A DNA stretch of 64,000 nt from Chrysomallon squamiferum (Eukaryota > Animalia > Mollusca). Where the stretch lies: positions 28,954,001-29,018,000 of the forward strand of contig CM022665.1 in assembly GCA_012295275.1 (NCBI GenBank), in the 5' to 3' direction. The notes beneath the pieces were generated by a model, which was not told the origin of the DNA, did no database searches, and saw only the letters and a program-made list of their open reading frames with translations. This document shows positions 14,137 to 27,683 of the stretch, piece after piece; position 1 is the stretch's first letter, and each line of letters opens with the position of its first letter. A program made the translations under genes and the position numbers.

Positions 14137-15687
14137 GACACATTATGATATATAATACAAACTCCCTGAGATATTAGTAGAATATACAAATCAAACTTTA
14201 AAGAACTAAATCATTATAAATGTACAAGGTCAGCAGCTGTGGCAAAAAAACCAAAATGATCTGTCTCACTCCGACATTAACTGAACTAACTAAACATTAC
14301 CAAACTGATAATTTACGTAAATTTCTTAGCATTGGCGTATCCAGACATATATATAGGGGTGGGGTCTGAATCGGCAGAAATGTTCAAGCAAAATCAGTAA
14401 CATTACGTTACATTTACATGGAATAACTTGAATACTTCTATAAACATATATGACACAGTTAATTTATGCTTCTAATATTTATTACTTGATTAAAATAATT
14501 TCTATTTGTACGCAGTCAGCGTGTGTGTCATTTTAAAATTTTGCTCGTCTCATACAAGGAAAGGAATTCTTCCTCCTTCAGAGAATGATCTTGAAACAGT
14601 TCAAACTAGTTCAGATTCTACAAGGTTGTTAACACCCCTAAGATAATTTGGATTCGTCAATGCCTTTAATGTAATAAAACAAAGTTTAAAAAACAATTTA
14701 AAAAAAGAAAGAAAAAAGAAGTAATTAACTAAAAATGAAAAAACGTGATCAATGACGGGAAGATTTGTAAACCTGTTTTCCCGTTTCTTTCTGAGAGGTC
14801 AAAACTTTGGAAGAAAAATTAATATAATAACAACATTTTATAATTTTATTTTATTTGATAAAGTACATAATAATATAGGTACAACGAGGTAGAATATAGA
14901 ATTCACAAGGCCCGTTGGCAATACATTACAGTCATCCCAAATATAAACTCAGTTCTAGACAAAAAAAACCAGATACTTAAAAAAACAGACGAGATGTCCC
15001 AAAACATTAGGAAAACCAGACAATTTGGTCTCTCGTCCATTTTGAGTAAAAGCTTTTTTCTTTTTCTTTATCTGTTAATGGCTAGCACTTAATGTATAGT
15101 AGTAGCACTTGATTTTTATATAAAATAAAATTTAAAAACAAAGAAAAGAATTAGTAATGTGCACCATGTAACAAAAAGGAACAGTAAAACATTATTTAGT
15201 CTAAAAATAACAAAGACAGTAACTTAGCACAATTTTTGCAGCATAGAAATTGGAACAATTTTTCATTAAATAAAAATAAAATTAATAATTAGCACAGTTT
15301 TTGCAATAAATCGTAAATATAATAAACATGTACAAAATATAATACATTCGAATAATTAAAAATGAAATGCAACTTGTCAGACCAGGTTCAGACATTTTCC
15401 TTGCTTTAATTCCTAAACCAAACAATCAGACAGTTTTCTATATCACGTAATACGTCACTTAACAAAAACATACTTGTACTTTAAATTAACAGGACCCATC
15501 TGCACACGACCCACTTTCTCTTTACAAAATATGACCTTCTTGACAAGTGAAAATAATATTATAATCATTCACTATTTTACTCGTCGACAGAAAACGTATG
15601 ACCATGTTTGGATAAGGAGCAGGCTTTGAATTTGGATTTAAATGTGCTTCTTCTGTGTAAACATTTTTTAACAGTAATAATTCAATT

Positions 15688-15890
15688 TAGATGGCTGTGT
15701 AATAAAAACGAAAGAAATATTGCGTAAATTTCACTTTTTGGTGCAAATACCTTGAGGTAACAGTCGAATTTAGTTGGCTAAGTAATAGTAACGAAAAACA
15801 CATTGCGTAAATATTCTTTCATTCTTCACCGAAAACGCTTGAGTTGGCAGAGTAATAACGAAAAGTCCATTGCGTAAATATTCTTTCACT
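15688..15890. repeat. Three degenerate tandem units (67-83 bp spacing), each with ATTGCGTAAAT
   Basis: Shared pattern AGxTGGC..GTAATA..AACGAAA..ATTGCGTAAAT; TTGCGTAA cores at 15720, 15803 and 15870. Confidence 0.85.
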
Positions 15891-16179
15891 CACGGCGTCT
15901 TTTCTTTTTCAAATGTTTTCTCTCTCGGTGTTTTTTGTCGGTAAATAATGGAGCCAGAGAGGAAAACAGCCAATAAAAATACACACCTACCGCGCCTCGG
16001 TGAATACGATTATTAAAAAAATACGATGACTCATTCATCCTCATCACACACTCTCAAGAACGTAAGGGACACACGAAAACGAGAAGAAATTCAATGAAGC
16101 AAACATTAGTGACAAGTACTTCATGTACGGTCGTTATGCTACATTTACGCATCATACCAATAAAAAATATAGATCTCTA

Positions 16180-16352
16180 GAGATGTATTATTTTCTTACT
16201 AAATTTGAGGGAACAAAACGTGAAAATAAACCCGCAGAGATGTGTTATTTTCATAGTAAATTTGATGGGGGAAAAGAAGAAGAAGAAGAAAAAAAAAAAA
16301 AAAAAAAAATATAAATCTCGGGAGATGTGTTATTTTCATACTAAATTTGATT
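16180..16352. repeat. Three copies of a ~30-bp unit GAGATGTRTTATTTTCWTASTAAATTTGA
   Basis: Copies begin near 16181, 16237 and 16323, separated by A-rich spacers. Confidence 0.85.
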
Positions 16353-19148
16353 TGCTTGCCTTGCAAAAGAACTTTTCTTCTTAATTCTATCTGGCCACGT
16401 TTATCACGTATTTGTTATTATTATTTCAAAACAGTTTTGTCAGAGGCGGTTGAGAAACAGGTCAACTGTTGCTCAATGGGTGGTTGTGGGTCAAAAACGG
16501 CTTATTATTATTTCACTTTACCACGCTATACATTTACATATATACATACATTCTTTAAATACCAAAGCGTCATCCTTTTAACAAAACTAGTCAGTTTACT
16601 TACTGTAGTTTTGTAAGAAAACAAACACGTACTGCATATTGAGACCGTTACTAAGTAATATGATGAAAACAGCATAACAGAAGATTTATATATGACGATT
16701 TTGTAGTCATTTGTTTTTGGACTGTCAGCTGGATAGAATGTTTACAATACTGAGATGTACAAGAAGTGCTTGTCAAAACAAGGAGTTTACTGTCCCAAAT
16801 AAACTCTCATTTTCTGATAATAACTTGTTTTTACTGTATCCCTGAGTTTTTATCAGATGTGATGAGATGGCTGAGTTTTATATTAAAGGGTAAACTGATA
16901 CAGAAAAAAGAAAAAGGATGGGAAGGGTAAAGAAAAGGTTCGGGGGCACGAATGGCGTACCCGCGAGATCATTGTGATTTGAGCATATTTACAGTCTTAG
17001 TCACATGACTATCATGTGACTGACACCCGTATTGGTTTTTCGCACCACCGAAAATTTACATTGACCAAATTTACATGAAAAAATGACATGATCTGAAAGC
17101 ATAGAAAATGAATTTGTGTTTTTAAATGCTACCATGATGTCTTGTAAGCGACAATTTAAATCTGCAGGTTACATGGTTACATTTATATACACCATGTCAC
17201 GACGGTTCATAATAGGTATTCCCCGTGAAATAGCTTCGACAATTAAATTATGAATATCAGGTTTTAAAGAGTTTTTTTTTTTTTTTTTTTTTTTTTACCA
17301 GCGAAATTTAATAAATATAGTATACCAAAAGGAAAACAATAATTTAGAATAGGAAACCAATTACGTAACTTTTAAAATTGGTTTTATAATTATACAATTT
17401 ATAGACACGAGAAATGCTATTTCAAGAAGGATACCCTTAGAGAACAAAGGAGATACATACTAAAATGATTCGCCTCAAACATTTAAATAACCGTACAATA
17501 CCGCACTAACCTACATGAATTAACTAAACACTACACAATCTCACACAAACAATGCATTTTATAATTTTAAAATGTCCCAAGCAACAGAGAGAGGAAAAAA
17601 AAAAAAGGATATTGTAATCACCATAAAAAAAAAAAAATAAAATAAAATAAAATAAAAATAAGAAGAAAAAAAAAGAAACATATTAGCATGTTATTATCCC
17701 AGAAACGATTTTAAGCCGAAAATTCAGGCTGAAAATAATCAGAGTTTGTACTCAAGATACACTTCAGTGGCTTAAATATTTCAGGCTTGTGCCGAGTCCA
17801 CAGTGTAAAAGTTTAAAGATAACATGCCTTTACAGATCAAAGAAAAGTAGAAAAGAACGAAAAGGAAGCGAGAGAATACAAAACTGGATCCTTGCCAGAA
17901 AAAGTGATCTTTTTAAATTGTTGTTTTTGTCTATTTTAACGTGATGGTCAAGGCCCTGTGTAATGTTATTAGGATGAAGATATACGTTCTAGCTATCACG
18001 CCCCCAGCTCGTTCATTTACAAGGAAGTGTTTCGTATCCTTATTTTTGTTACAGTCTTGTCATAAGTACATTAAACCTTAGTGTTAAATTTTTATCGAAA
18101 GACAAGAACAAAAGACTTAATAAATCATCACAATATCGATCTCTTTTTTTTTTCTTCCCCCATTTGTGTCTGCTACACATAACTAATCGAATACATTTAG
18201 AAATTGGATAATGCTGTCTAGAGTATTACCGGTGTTAATGATTTTTTTTTTTTTTTTTTTTTAAAAGATGAAATAAAAGAAGAAAAAAATGTGCGCCAGT
18301 CTGTTGAAGGTTCGGTGTTTAATGTGCTAATTAAATAAATGTATAGTGTCAAACATATAAATTATTCTGTTTAAATCTGATATTTGTTCTGAAACGAACA
18401 TTCAAGAATAATTCTTATATTTGCTTCCAGGGATAACTCAACCTTTGTTCAACAGAACATGGAATTTAACAAGAAGAAAATTAATTAAAAAGAGACAATA
18501 TTGGGACTAAATTGTGAAAAAACAGAAAGAAGAATCCCGTGTTGCTTGGAACAAGTATTAATATTTCCCTGAGAATGCAACTGTCATGTTCATGTACACA
18601 ATTATGCATTTACAAACATAACATACAATTAGCAGAGGCTACTTGATGGCACATTAAAAATTATTAAAGCGGGTTTTTTTCATCTTTTTAACACATGCCT
18701 GGGTAGAAACAATCTGATTTATGCCCGCTGGTAAGTAATATATATATCTATATATATATACACACATATATATATATATTATTTAACTCTGTTAGTTCAT
18801 TATTTAATATTTTCTTTCCACAGTTCATTTGAAGATAATTGCAAATTGCCAAGTCATAGCAGCAAATCTTGCAAGAAAATAGAAAAAAGTTTGAATTTTT
18901 TTTCCTAATTAATTAAAAGGAAAATCTCAGTTACCATTGAAGCATTTTTAAATATGGACAGCAATCTACTGGTCAGTTAATTAGATGTTAAAGGTTTAAG
19001 TTGTGTTTTCGCCAGTGCATGGACAACAAGATGAAATGAACCCTTATCACCTGAGCTGGACCACCAAGCAGCTTGCAGGGTAGTCTGAATATCACCATTT
19101 CCCTATAAGGTATTTTGCATAAACTTACAAAAAGAAAAAAAATTAAAT

Positions 19149-19182
<34 letters not shown>

Positions 19183-19330
19183 AAAAAAAGAACAACAGAA
19201 ACATGAACATCCAAACCTCACACACATTGAATGAAATAGAATGGAAATGTCAGGTCGGATGTGGACAGGATGCTGCTGACACATACACAATTAATGTAGG
19301 TCCCCGAGAGTCATCTTTTAAGATGAGGTC

Positions 19331-20564
19331 CTAGCTGTTGTACAACATACACCTGAGTCGGGCAGTTTCACTCTTAAGCGCTGCCACTTCTACCCGTAAT
19401 TTGAGGTTCTCCTGCTCAAGGAGTGCCGCACGAATCGCTATCTCGTCCTCTTTGGCCCTCCTGGCATCACGAGACCGTTTGGCTGCCTCGTTGTTCTTGC
19501 GCCTGCGTTCCCAGTAGGCTTCGTCTTTCTGCTCGTCTGGCAGAATCTTTGGTCGCTTTCTGCTTCCACTGGAACTGATCAGGGTGCTCGTGCTGGATAC
19601 AAGTGTGGTTGTTCCGCTTGTGTATGGCAGAGAGGTAATTCTCGACGTAGGAGAGTTCGGATTGTGGTAAGAGGTGCTGTTGTTTAGTGGCGTTTCGCTG
19701 TAGTTGCTGCTGCTACTGCCATTGCTGCTGTTTCGGGCAGGACTTGACACGTTGGAATTGACGCTCGCCACCGTTTGCTTCATTCCCGAAAGTCGTTTCT
19801 CACGCTCCTTCAGAGCCTGAATTTGATGTTTGTACATGTTCATTATCTCTTCCGAATTCACATTCAGTCCGTGCATCATAGTGTCTGACTGGGTCACGGG
19901 CACATAACCAGGCATTCCATAGTACCCCACGGGCATTGACAATGAGCTTTTAGGGTAAGCTTTAAAAGGACGGGTGTTTTTACTCGCTTGTGCACGACGC
20001 TGGTGCTCGATGAAAGCTGCCATTGCAGGGAATCCAGTCAGCATGTTTCCATTTGAGACCATTCCTGCATTCATTTCAGGGAACACTCCCATTGCTGCCA
20101 GGGCAGTGTTGGGAATGCGCGAGACAGCAGTTTTGGGTTCCCCAATTTGGTCAGCATTGTCCAAAAGAGAGGATTCGTTGATTTTGTTGTTGTTTGAGAA
20201 ATGCTCATCCGAACTGTCATGACTAAGATGGGGACTATTAGAAGAAGGTCTCGAGTCATCAGTAAAACTTTCGGATAATGATTCAATGCTTTTTCGTTTG
20301 AAGGAAAAATCAAGTGGAATATCTTGTGCCTCTGGTGAATGTATTTTACGTTCGATATTTTCATCATGACTAACCACCCCATTGCAGATGGCTGCATGTC
20401 CATTGGTTAATACAGGACTTGCCTTATGTTGCTTTGTTGACTCCTGGTGTAATTCTTCTTTAACACTTCCATTTTCCTCCATCTCACGATTTTTCTTAGC
20501 TACCGGCGAATGGCCATTAAATTCCTCAGCAGGTCTTCTCCAGCTGTGTGGAACCTTAAATAGA
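19331..20564 (-). CDS. gt: Main coding exon of a giant-like PAR-subfamily bZIP transcription factor (giant/CES-2/TEF-HLF-DBP group)
   Basis: 383-aa ORF 20482..19331 ends in a PAR-type bZIP domain ([52 protein letters not shown]). [17 protein letters not shown] and a PLDFS CtBP-type motif recall insect Giant. The frame stays open upstream to an acceptor tttacag| (AG at 20566-20565, phase 2). Family assignment is secure; the gt orthology is from recalled motifs. Confidence 0.92.
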
Positions 20565-20616
20565 CTGTAAATATAACAACTGTTAGTAAAGTGCAGTATA
20601 ACTTTATATAATCTGA

Positions 20617-20659
<43 letters not shown>

Positions 20660-20695
20660 TTAATAACAACAATAACAACATACAAATCAGAGCAA

Positions 20696-20742
<47 letters not shown>

Positions 20743-20863
20743 TATATATAACAATTTTTGCATTCAGATATCTCTAAACAAACGTATATATATATATATT
20801 AATAAATATTTATTTTGTTTAAATACGACTTGTTAATACAAGCCCTGGGGTTGTATATGCAAA

Positions 20864-20894
<31 letters not shown>

Positions 20895-21529
20895 AGCTAT
20901 GAAATGCTGCACTAAGGAAAAAAATATATTAACATAAATCATTCTTTCAGTTATTTCAAATGACAAAAGCTAAGATCTTACAAATCCAGCTGTTTTTTTG
21001 TTTTGTAATGAAAATGGTGATGTAAACTTAGGTCGTGTTTCATGGCGAATGTCACAGAAGTATGACAACCGTAATTTGAACTGTTGTATCACTAGTCTTG
21101 AAGATTGAGACGATAAAAGCTGAGGTGACTGATCGAATGCCCGATCATATCTTGATGATTGCGTGACAATTATGGTTAAAGCAAGCTGATCGGGGCACGC
21201 AACAACCAAACACCCTTTATTTTATGTTGTTTTGTCCTTGCCCTGATCATCAGAATCAGATTGTCAGCTGGGAAAAAAGAATTAGAAACTACACACGTTG
21301 TCCTTTAAAATTAATCTTTTCACCCATCTGTTCACACTCAAAGTAGTCTTTGATGTATAAGTTATATAGCAAGAGTTGGAAAAGAACATAACCATTTACT
21401 GAAGTTACAGCTTAAATCAAAGTCTTTAGGTCAGGGAGCAGTTGCTGACAAATGCTGAATTTGATTTACATCCCATTTTGATAACAGCTCTAAAGCTGCT
21501 AAATAAGAATTTGTTAAACGTGCTTAATT

Positions 21530-21561
<32 letters not shown>

Positions 21562-22489
21562 TTTTAACCACAGATTATAACTAAAATATTCTTTAAATTC
21601 TTTAAATTTATATTTTTAACGAAAGTTTTCCGTGTTGTTTACGTTAATTGTAAAATGTCTGTCGTCATACTTAAGGCATTTTTAAGGGCAAATCACAAGG
21701 TAAATAATATAACTTTACTGTGTCATTATTCTGTAATTTCTTTTTACTAAAATGTGTTTTTAGCGACAGTTATTTGCGCTAGTTGTACGAGGTTTGACTA
21801 TTTCCAATGTACTAGCGTTCCGATGACTACTGATAAAAACAAGATACTTAGTAGCCGTTAAATATTTTACCTATCCGATCTAAAAGATGGTTCGCTTCTA
21901 AACTGTTTTCTTTCCATTTCTTTTATGTATATGTTGCTTGTTTACCAACGACCAAGGTTACGTTCGTCAGGCTAAAGGCCTATGCAATATGTAAAAAGAA
22001 TCATAAAATATTTACCAAAAGGACACGCTGTTTTGCTATGGCTCGCGAATAGGAACAATTAAAAGATCAATACCTTAATATCAGTTGAACATAGATGATC
22101 GATATCAGTTTTCAAATGAAATCAGCTAACAAACAGCGAATAACCGTATATCTAAAGTTTCTTCTTCAACATTAATAATTCATCTCGGTAAGTCGTATTA
22201 CCTACAGTGTCTTTCAGATGATCGAGATATGCGAGTTTTTCCGAAAGGTCACGCAACATTCTGTCATAAACTACTTTGATAAGGCTTTTGTCGTTGGAAT
22301 GGCAGGGAGTAATAATGTATAATTAAAAAATAATAAACACAATGGTGAGCTGATACAATCTTGTGACAACACGGTTATCTCTTAATACACTTATAATCAT
22401 AGACTCAAAGACAGAAGAAGATAATTACTGGAATGTTTTTATGAAATACAGAAACATTTATACATTGTTTTTATATAATATAGAGAATA

Positions 22490-22876
22490 GCGTTACACCG
22501 CGATTGTATTATTCAAAACTGTTATATTACGTTGTTTTTTAACGCAGAAAACGGTTATACTGCGTTATATTACAGTACAGAAAGCAGTTACACTACAGTA
22601 CAGAAAGCAGTTACACTGCATTAGTTAAAATAGAAAAAAAAGATATACTACCTTATTACACTACACAGAAAACGTTACATTACGTTATTATATAATACAG
22701 AAAACAGTAATACTAGTCTATTCATAAAAGGTTACACTACATTATTATATAATACATAAAAGGTAACACACTATGTTATTATATACTACAGAAAAAGGTT
22801 ACACTATGTTATTATACAATACAGAAAAAGGTTACACTACGTTATTATACAATACAGAAAAAGGTTACACTACGTT
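22490..22876. repeat. 33-bp minisatellite (ACAGAAAAAGGTTACACTAYGTTATTATACAAT), intronic
   Basis: Near-perfect copies at about 22770-22876, increasingly degenerate copies to the left. Confidence 0.9.
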
Positions 22877-23400
22877 TTTACTCCCGTTGCCGTTTCTTCT
22901 ATTTAGAATTGATTTTCCTGTTACTACCATCATCTCAATTATAACTGTCATTATCAATATCAGTGACATCACTACTTCTACTACGTAACAACAACAACAG
23001 TTAAATAATAAATATATTTAATAGTTTCAGATTTTTACTATTTGTGAAACTCCAATTTAGTATTTCCAAAACAAAAATAATTTAGAATGATGCAACATTT
23101 CTTCTATTGCAGAATTAATAACAGCTATTAAAATAATTTCTAAATTTGGCAGCACGATATATGCGTAACTGACAGTGCTTATCACATTGTTGTGTATCTA
23201 ATTGTTGTGTGCATTATTATCTTCAATATATCTCTTTAACTGACAGCTGTAGTCTCAAACCTAAAAAGCATGGCTTTAAGGTGCGGAAATGAAAACAATA
23301 ACGAAGGAGATACCCAATAAAGAACAAAAAGAAAAAAAAGATAAGAAAGGATATGAACATCCTGGAAAGACACCTCATGACAGAAGTGTGTGTGTGTGTA

Positions 23401-23485
<85 letters not shown>

Positions 23486-26353
23486 AGTGTTTACAACAAA
23501 ACGAAATTAGCGTTTTTCTGTGACTTCAAATTTACTTCACCTCTTAACAAGATTTTTATAGTCTGTTGTCATTTTATATCGCACATTATGTTCGTGCTAA
23601 GGCCCCACGTTGGGTAACCACAATAAATACCGTAACAAATAATTTCAGCTATTTATTTGGTCACGTTTTCATCGATAGTGACCATACAAACAGGAAAACA
23701 GTATGTATTGATCGGAACAGAAGCCACAGTACATAGTTGTAACTAATATCATAGTATTGAAATAACGATTTATTTTTGTTTGTAATACACTTATCTATAG
23801 TGATAATGCAAATACAATACACAACATGTATTATCAGTTCAAATAACCTGATTTTTGTAAAAGCAAACTGCTGCAGTCTTGCAGGCAAGTCTGAACGAGT
23901 CCTTTACAAACATTTACCTGTTTGAACATTACAAAATGCATAAACAACTGAAATATATCGCGCCTTATCTCTGACGCTATTGTGTGTTAGTTGTGAACGG
24001 GTTGGGAAGTAGAATATGATTGCCACGACATTAACACCACATACATACATACATACATACATACACACACACATATATATATATTTCAGTAACCTCATGT
24101 GAAGCATGCTCTTTGATTTCTTATTCAGTGAAACAATAAAACTATATGTAACTCTTCGATAATACAACTGAATACAGAAAAAAAAAAAAAAACAATTTGT
24201 ATGTCAAGAAATAACCGAGTGGTCTTTGACATCAAGAAATGTAAAATACAATACGTTCAGGTTCTATTTCATTACGTGTGATGGAAATTTTATCTGCAAT
24301 AAAAATATTCTTGAACTCTACTTCTTTTAAAATTGTATAATGAAGTGTGAGCATGACTGTACATAAAATCAAATCGACCGCTGCGATCTTTTGATCTTAG
24401 CGAGGTATATCTATCACGTAACAGGAAAATAGGCCAGATAACAACACAAGGAAACTAAACCTGATAGCCCTAAGGCGTACTGTGATAATCACCTTTCGGT
24501 CCACGTACCTTTTTATGAAAAAAAAAAAAATATTTCTTTCTTTAAATTGATGTTTTAATTTATACTTTCTCCCCCCCCCTCACTCCCCCTCATATCACAT
24601 ATACAAATTGTAAATATCGGTCAACCATGAATAAGAACTTTTAAAATATTTGTTAAAACGAATGCCATTAGACGTTTCATAAATCAAAGTTTTTATTATT
24701 ATCTTATTCTTTCGGGGAGTTTTTTGCTGCTTTTTTTTTTTTTTTTTTTTTTTTCAGCACCTTCCTGTCTGTATTTTAAGGAAACTGTAGATTATTATTA
24801 CTTATATATATATTAAAGAATACACACAGATTAGAAAGATAAATTATCTGAAATAGTAAATCTAGTTTATAAAAGCTTCATATGACACCGCATAGAATAT
24901 AACATTTTTGTTTTAAGCATTTGCATTGTAGAAAAACCGTCGGGGCGCAGGTAACCCAATACGTTGTTTACGTAAGACATCCCAAAACCAGTTTACATCT
25001 GATAGTGTTGGGTTTCTTCTTTCAGGGTATTGACTGGTGTCCGGCAAGTAAAATAAATATTATCGTGGAAACTTGAAATTCGTTAAATAAAAATAAATGT
25101 ACAAAAATAAATAAAAAAAAAAAAAAAAAAAAAGAAGAAGAAGAAAAAGAAGAGAAAGAGAGAATGCAAGAACATCTTTTATATTTGGAGAAACGACAAT
25201 ACAGGCTAAACAGCTGCAGATTGAATTTAACATTGTTAACCTACATTATTTCTGGCGACACGTTTTACTAATTACGTCCGACAAGCGTTATGTCCGGCGC
25301 TTTAAACATGTAACTCATTAAATAATCTTTTTATATCCAGAGAATAGAAATTATCGATGACGTACAGAAAATAATTTTCATTCTCAAAGTAAAACTTGTT
25401 AGTGGACATTTTTGAAAGGTTATTTATTCGATCTAAGTTCATCACAGAGATAAATATAATAATCACTATTATGAAACGGATAACTAGACTTTTTGTTAAC
25501 CAATTACATGCGCTAATACAGGTATTTGTATTTTTGTTATTTTAAATGCAATAGAAGAAGAAGAAGAATATAAACTGGATTGTTTAATTTTGGAAAGAAA
25601 AAAAAATCGTAATAAAATTATGCGAGCTGATTTAAAAATAAAAATATAAAAATAAAAATAAAAAAAAAAATAATAATAATAATAACAATAAATAAATAAA
25701 TAACAAAAAGCAAAATCGTTATAAAAGTTAATATTTGAAGACATAAGCGGCTCAGAAAAAATCCAGTTCACTAAACTGTTTCTGGATCGACTAGACAAAC
25801 AGTAACAAGCTGACAGGTTATCAATAAACTCTTCTTTATCTTCGGACGTGTTAAATACTGCCAGTGTTATTTCTTACTACGCTGTCTGCAGGTGTGTTAC
25901 CACGATAAACATGTATAAATTACAACACACTGTTTTCTGTTTAATTTCTCCCGCCAGAACGAACACTCTTTTACTCACTTAATTTTACTATTTATTTTAT
26001 ATCTACGTAATATAATATTTCTTATAATATATATGTAAATATTTGACTAGTTTACTGCGAATAATCAATATCATGATAATATAAATATCGTTACATATCG
26101 TATTACCAAAGGAACCTCTGTATTATGTATTCTGTTATATGAGCATAATCACTGCATACATATTCATGTCATGAAAAAGAGTTGAAAAATAAAACAAAAG
26201 TCGTTGATCTATTCTCTGTTAAAAAGGGCAGTTCAAAATAATATTGCATTATAAAACTGTAAACCCCATAAAGCGGCAATCGCAATTTTGTACATCAAAA
26301 GAGCAAGTTGTCATTTCGTTTTTCACAACATACTTAAATATATTAATTTCAAC

Positions 26354-26367
26354 AATAATAATAATAA

Positions 26368-26412
<45 letters not shown>

Positions 26413-26455
26413 GAAGAAGAAGAAGAAGAAAGCAGAACAACAACAACAACAACAA
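26354..26455. repeat. Compound (AAT)(AAG)(AAC) microsatellite
   Basis: Direct reading. Confidence 0.95.
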
Positions 26456-27683
26456 ATGAACTCGTCAGATGAAGTATTTTGAAAATAGTTAACTATGCAA
26501 TGTGACGGGCCTGTGATCAATACCCATGACAATTCTTGCTGATTTAAAGTCGGCCTTGAAATGTTGACTGTTATCAACCGTGTACAGTGCTCTGCTGGAA
26601 AAGGCACGACCTGACATGGTTACAACAGCTGTGTTTCACAATGTTACTAACATAACATCAACGATCCCAGTCTGTTGAGTGAAACAGGGACATACACACA
26701 ATATATCAAGTGTTTTCTGCATTAGTCACTTCTACAGTAATTTTACCATAGCAAGAAATGCAACCATCGATTTTCACCCGATAATCACCTTTTCTTCCCC
26801 CGCCCCTGAATTAACGAACTGTGCTTGTAGTGACGTGTTTACGTTAAAAGTACGTTACGAAAGACTGCGATATCATGTGTTCTTCAGGAAACACTTCACT
26901 AAAGTCCTATCGTAGCGACCGCCTCCCACTCACCAGATAAACTGTTTACTTTAGACACCGAATACCAGACTTAAAAATAGCTTCAACAAATGCTGTACGT
27001 GTCATCTGGGAATATATTTTTTTTAACCGTTGTAATTTACTGTCTAAAGCAGAAACCTTCATTTCTTACCTTTTCAGTAACAACAACAACAACAACAACA
27101 ACAATAATAATACTAGTAACCATAACAACAATGACAATAATTTTCTTGTCCGTTTAGAGTTATTTAACAAATATATTATAAATTGATTAATAATCCTGAT
27201 AAGACTGAAAATTAATTTATTTAATTAAACAAACATTTAAAATAAAAGTCATGGATAAAGAAATACACAGTTTTAATTGATTGCAAGACAAAGGAGGAAG
27301 TACATTCAGTGAGTAACCGTGTTTTTCAGGTCTGTATTCCCTGCTGACTCTTTCACATATTTTGCTTTTTATTTCCCTGTTGTACAGTATTGTGTTAAGA
27401 ACTGTATTTATTATGCAGAAAAAATAAAAGAAAATAAATAAAAGAAAATAAAAAAAAAAAAAAAAAAAAAGAAAGGAAAAGAAAAAAAAAATCAGATTCA
27501 ACATCATTCAGTAACGACTATACTCTTGACTCATAAATATTTATTGTTCATTTGTTTTTTCTGTTGGTGGGTAACAAATCATATACAAAGTTAATAACAC
27601 TTACAAACAAAAACGTCGACAACGAACATACATTTTAAAAATATATACCAGTATGATCTCTTTAACATAGAATCTATTCTTAC

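Larger units (their letters stand above)
14845..19330 (-). other. Probable long 3'UTR (about 4.5 kb) of the giant-like gene, ending near overlapping AATAAA signals at 14845-14855
   Basis: By eye, no minus-strand AATAAA between the stop and 14855, then two overlapping copies. The transcribed strand is U-rich. Confidence 0.5.

Noticed and set aside
19331-19560. Assignment as vrille/NFIL3 or Pdp1/TEF
   Set aside because: The bZIP is C-terminal (unlike NFIL3/Vrille), no extended PAR domain is evident, and Giant-like motifs are present. A phylogeny is still needed.
19974-20570. Plus-strand ORFs 19974-20222 and 20382-20570, and minus ORF 20071-20403
   Set aside because: Shadow frames of the real coding exon with no independent support.
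22490-22988. 33-bp array as CRISPR, or ORF 22773-22988 as a repeat protein
   Set aside because: Head-to-tail units with no unique spacers, no cas genes, and a eukaryotic context. It is a minisatellite.
27061-27080. Strong donor-like AAG|gtaaga on minus
   Set aside because: Preceded by (GTT)n repeats, with no plausible acceptor, ATG or promoter.
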